Positions 60,994 through 64,000 of a stretch of DNA of 64,000 nucleotides are shown here, piece after piece (within the stretch, counting starts at the first letter, position 1; every line of letters begins with the position of its first letter). Position numbers and translations under genes: made by a program. The notes beneath the pieces were generated by a model. It was not told the DNA's origin and searched no databases. It saw nothing but the letters and a program-made list of their open reading frames with translations. The DNA comes from an uncultured Clostridia bacterium (lineage in GTDB: Bacteria > Bacillota > Clostridia > TANB77 > CAG-508): the NCBI GenBank assembly GCA_934168365.1, contig CAKPNJ010000006.1, positions 937 to 64,936 on the forward strand, written 5' to 3'.

Positions 60994-61782
60994 ATGAAGG
61001 TGTTTATTTTTAAGAAAAAGTATCTTGTAGTTGTTCTCATTATACTAATTTTAATAGTTTGCTTTTTACTAAAAGATAACTCTACTTTTGCTTTATCTTT
61101 AAGCAAAGGTGAAATTTTAAGTGCTTCTTTTAAAGATAAATTTGCGTCTATTTGTAAAAGTGATGAAAAGGTTGTATATTTAACTTTTGATGATGGTCCA
61201 ACCTCTAAAGTTACACCTAAAATTTTAGATGTACTAGAAAAAGAAAATGTTAAAGCTACATTCTTTGTTGTTGGTAAGCATGTTAAAGAACATCCTAAAA
61301 TTGTTAAACGCGCGTATGAGGAAGGACATTTTATTGCTAATCATGGATATAGCCATAATAATAGTTTGCTATATAAAAGCGAGGAAAGTTTTCGTAATGA
61401 GATTTTAAATACTGATGAAGAAATTTCAAAAGCCATTGGAGTTTCTAACTATTGTTCACATGTTTTTCGTTTTCCAAATGGCTTTGCATCTCCAGATTAC
61501 AAATATAAAAAGAAAAACATAGTTAATATTCTTGCTGAAATTAACTATGTTTATGTTGACTGGAATTGCTTAAATAAAGATTCTGAACATAAGTATTCTA
61601 ATTACCAATTATTAAATAATCTAAAAAAATCTGCTAAAGGTAAAGGAACTTTAGTTGTTCTTATGCATGATACTGGTGATGTGAATAAGACTTATGATAT
61701 TTTACAAGATTCTATAGAATACTTAAAATCTCAAGGATATATATTTAAGAATTTTTATGAGCTTTTTACTGAAGCTTTATAA
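60994..61782 (+). CDS. polysaccharide deacetylase (NodB-homology; peptidoglycan GlcNAc deacetylase / PdaB-like)
   Basis: VYLTFDDGP and GHFIANHGYSHN, with a signal peptide. The start is set at MKVFIFKK; the track starts with TTG at 60973. Confidence 0.75.
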   Translation: MKVFIFKKKYLVVVLIILILIVCFLLKDNSTFALSLSKGEILSASFKDKFASICKSDEKVVYLTFDDGPTSKVTPKILDVLEKENVKATFFVVGKHVKEHPKIVKRAYEEGHFIANHGYSHNNSLLYKSEESFRNEILNTDEEISKAIGVSNYCSHVFRFPNGFASPDYKYKKKNIVNILAEINYVYVDWNCLNKDSEHKYSNYQLLNNLKKSAKGKGTLVVLMHDTGDVNKTYDILQDSIEYLKSQGYIFKNFYELFTEAL

Positions 61783-62386
61783 ACTTATAAATTTCATTTG
61801 TTATATTTTCTACTTCTTTATCTAGTTCTTCAACAGTGTAAAATTCTAAATTTGTGTCTGTGGCTGTTTGTTTATTATCTAAGAATTTTATTACTTTTTC
61901 TAAGTCTTGTTCATCTAATTCTATTTCATCAATTTGATGTAACTCTTTAATTGCTTCTGAATAATCATTTAATGTTATAGTATTGTTGATATATTTACTA
62001 TCATATTTTCTTAAATCCTTGTGTTTGAATTTCATGTATTCATCTTTATCAAAGTGATTTTGTTCACATTTTGCTTTATAGTCTTTATTTAGTAGATAAT
62101 CTGTATATAGATGAATTAGATAACCAAATGCTATTGGATTTGGTTTTAATATATCTTGATATTTTTGATAAAAATTTGTATAAGTAGAGTGATCTTCTGA
62201 ATTATATAAGTGTGTATGTCCATGGTCATATATGTGTGAGATTCCTTCTACAATATAACCATTGTTTATATCTGGTGCAATGTTTCCTAATAAAAATAGG
62301 TTATAATCTTCATTATTAAATTGTATTTGTTCATTTATTTTTTTGGCTATTTCTAAATGTACTCTCCAGTTTGGCACTTTTTTCAT
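61766..62386 (-). CDS. zinc-dependent phospholipase C-family-like protein
   Basis: An N-terminal W...H pattern (NWRVHLEIAKK) and His-rich metal-binding candidates. Weak assignment. Confidence 0.35.
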   Translation of the reverse strand: MKKVPNWRVHLEIAKKINEQIQFNNEDYNLFLLGNIAPDINNGYIVEGISHIYDHGHTHLYNSEDHSTYTNFYQKYQDILKPNPIAFGYLIHLYTDYLLNKDYKAKCEQNHFDKDEYMKFKHKDLRKYDSKYINNTITLNDYSEAIKELHQIDEIELDEQDLEKVIKFLDNKQTATDTNLEFYTVEELDKEVENITNEIYKFIKLQ

Positions 62387-62492
62387 CTCTCTTTCATTTT
62401 TACTAGTCTAATTATTATACTACATTTTTCTACAAAAGTGAACCTTTTGCCACAAAAAATATGGTGTAGTTATTTACACCATATTCTAATGT

Positions 62493-63032
62493 TTAATAAT
62501 TTTCTGCTTTTATTTCAAAGTATGCTTGTGGATGTGCACATACTGGGCATACTGCTGGTGCTTTTGTTCCAACTACAATGTGTCCACAGTTTCTGCATTT
62601 CCATATTTTAATTTCTCCTGCTTCAAATACTTTTCCATCTTGAACATTTTCTAATAGTTTTCTGTATCTTGCTTCATGCTCTTTTTCTATTTTTCCAACT
62701 TCTTCAAATAAAAATGCAATATGGTCAAATCCTTCTTCTTTAGCTTCTTTGGCCATTCTGTCATACATATCTGTCCATTCAAAGTTTTCTCCAGCTGCAG
62801 CATCAGCTAAGTTTTGAGCTGTTGTTGGAATATCTCCTCCACATAATAGTTTAAACCATAATTTTGCATGTTCTTTTTCATTGTCAGCTGTTTCTTGAAA
62901 TATTGCAGCAATTTGCTCATATCCTTCTTTTTTTGCTTTACTTGCAAAATATGTGTATTTATTTCTTGCTTGTGACTCTCCTGCAAAAGCGTCCATTAAA
63001 TTTTTCTCTGTTTTTGATCCTTTTAATTCCAT
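62493..63032 (-). CDS. rbr: rubrerythrin (ferritin-like diiron domain plus C-terminal rubredoxin CxxC...CxxC)
   Basis: The ExxH diiron motifs and [20 protein letters not shown]. Confidence 0.9.
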   Translation of the reverse strand: MELKGSKTEKNLMDAFAGESQARNKYTYFASKAKKEGYEQIAAIFQETADNEKEHAKLWFKLLCGGDIPTTAQNLADAAAGENFEWTDMYDRMAKEAKEEGFDHIAFLFEEVGKIEKEHEARYRKLLENVQDGKVFEAGEIKIWKCRNCGHIVVGTKAPAVCPVCAHPQAYFEIKAENY

Positions 63033-63109
63033 AATTTTTCCTCCTATTTTTAATTGTTCTTTTACAATATATCACAAAATACTTTTTGTTTCAATCAAAT
63101 TTTGATATT

Positions 63110-63568
63110 TCATTTATTTAATAAATATACTCCTAAATTTAAGTAAGTAGCAAATAGTGTCCATATTATATATGGTATTTGAAGTAGCCCTGCTGTTTTA
63201 TTTTTATCATAAAATTTCTTTATCATTATTATTACAAGTACGTCAAGTAATATTATCCATAGGAATGCAAACAGCCTCCATTTAAGTGTAAAAAAGAATA
63301 TTGACCATAGTGCATTTACTGCTAATTGTAGGTAATATATCGTGTTTATTTTTTTGTCTACTAGTTGATTACTTTGTAATATTCCATATGATATTCCCAT
63401 TAAGATGTATAGTATTGTCCATACTATTGGAAATAATATACTTGTTGGCGATAAAAATGGCTTTTGCAAAGTATTGTAATCTATTGAACCCGAAATTATT
63501 AGTCCTACTATTCCTCCCACTATAACTGGTATCAGTATTGACTTGGCATATATTTTAAATTTTGACAT
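63110..63568 (-). CDS. tspO: TspO/MBR-family tryptophan-rich sensory protein
   Basis: 152 aa, five TM helices, with a W-rich layout. Confidence 0.7.
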   Translation of the reverse strand: MSKFKIYAKSILIPVIVGGIVGLIISGSIDYNTLQKPFLSPTSILFPIVWTILYILMGISYGILQSNQLVDKKINTIYYLQLAVNALWSIFFFTLKWRLFAFLWIILLDVLVIIMIKKFYDKNKTAGLLQIPYIIWTLFATYLNLGVYLLNK

Positions 63569-63647
63569 AACTCAAATCCTCCTTTATATATTTTATTTCT
63601 TTTATTCTAAAATATACAAAGATTTCTAGATGAGTTTGGGTGCCAAT

Positions 63648-63724
63648 GGTGCAAATGGGGACGGGGTCAAAAAGCACCTTTTTTTGAAAGAAGGGTGCTT
63701 TTTGACCCCGTCCCCATTTGCACC
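63648..63724. repeat. GC-rich perfect inverted repeat with 31-bp arms and a 15-nt T-rich loop; imperfect extension reaches about 63638-63733
   Basis: Arms ggtgcaaatggggacggggtcaaaaagcacc (63648-63678) and ggtgctttttgaccccgtccccatttgcacc (63694-63724); loop tttttttgaaagaag. Flanking gtgcc / ggcac extend the pairing. Confidence 0.6.
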
Positions 63725-63735
63725 CGAAGGCACTC

Positions 63736-63921
63736 TTATTTTGAGCAATAACGACAAAGTATTGCTTCTAAGCCTATTTCTAAAGATATTAGTCCTATTT
63801 TATAGTTTGCATCTAAGTCTATTAGTACTTCTAATACTTCTCTTAATTCTTGTGTTTCAAAATATCTTGCTTGTGTTTTGTATTTGCTTACTAAAAATAG
63901 CTGATTTGGTTTTAAGTTCAT
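63736..63921 (-). CDS. hypothetical small ORF (61 aa)
   Basis: ORF only, with no recognisable motif. Its 3' end abuts the GC-rich palindrome. Confidence 0.2.
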   Translation of the reverse strand: MNLKPNQLFLVSKYKTQARYFETQELREVLEVLIDLDANYKIGLISLEIGLEAILCRYCSK

Positions 63922-64000
63922 TGCTGTTGCAACATCTTCATTATATTTTTCTGCAATTTTTATAATATATAGTTTTTTAAAATGGTTATATAATGTTATC

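Noticed and set aside
63033-63109. PerR or Rex box upstream of rubrerythrin (atcaaattttgat; tcacaaaa...ttttgt)
   Set aside because: Only partial matches to the PerR (TTATAATNATTATAA) or Rex (TTGTGAA-N4-TTCACAA) consensus. Too weak to call without comparative data.

Overview
This is an AT-rich, low-GC Firmicutes (Clostridia-like) chromosomal segment. It is from a spore former, with a complete spoIIIAA-AH operon and a pro-sigma-K gene. Nearly all genes lie on the minus strand, and no rRNA, tRNA or CRISPR array was seen.

- **Housekeeping block (about 43.3-58.8 kb):** metG, glmM, argS, pfk, an SSB-like gene, spoIIIA, yebC, rpmA, rplU and sigK.
- **Accessory-looking stretch (about 8.5-43 kb):** three ECF sigma/anti-sigma pairs, two ZupT paralogues, an AbrB/ABC transporter module, cadC-cadA with an operator, two acyl-CoA ligases, and a TelA-XpaC-vWA-AAA cluster.
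- **Most notable system (2141-8286):** a tightly coupled eight-gene minus-strand operon next to a decayed tyrosine integrase. The genes are:
  - YhhQ-type preQ0/preQ1 transporter
  - QueC
  - phosphoribosyltransferase
  - thymidylate-kinase-like NMP kinase
  - radical-SAM/SPASM enzyme
  - DegT-type aminotransferase
  - MazG-like NTP pyrophosphatase
  - DnaQ-like 3'-5' exonuclease
  - HAD 5'(3')-deoxyribonucleotidase (frameshifted)
  It is followed by Ham1, ogt and tag. By analogy to known pathways this looks like an undescribed route that builds a modified, possibly amino-sugar, 7-deazapurine nucleotide. The two readings are a DNA-hypermodification module or a nucleoside-analogue defence/antibiotic module.
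- **Other structure:**
  - Eight copies of a conserved palindromic intergenic element at gene 3' ends.
  - A very GC-rich perfect 31-bp inverted repeat at 63.65 kb.
  - Five genes with in-frame stops or frameshifts (ogt, HAD nucleotidase, integrase, xpaC-like, one ECF sigma), so either gene decay or consensus errors.

Coordinates I counted by hand may be off by 1-2 nt; coordinates taken from the ORF track are exact.
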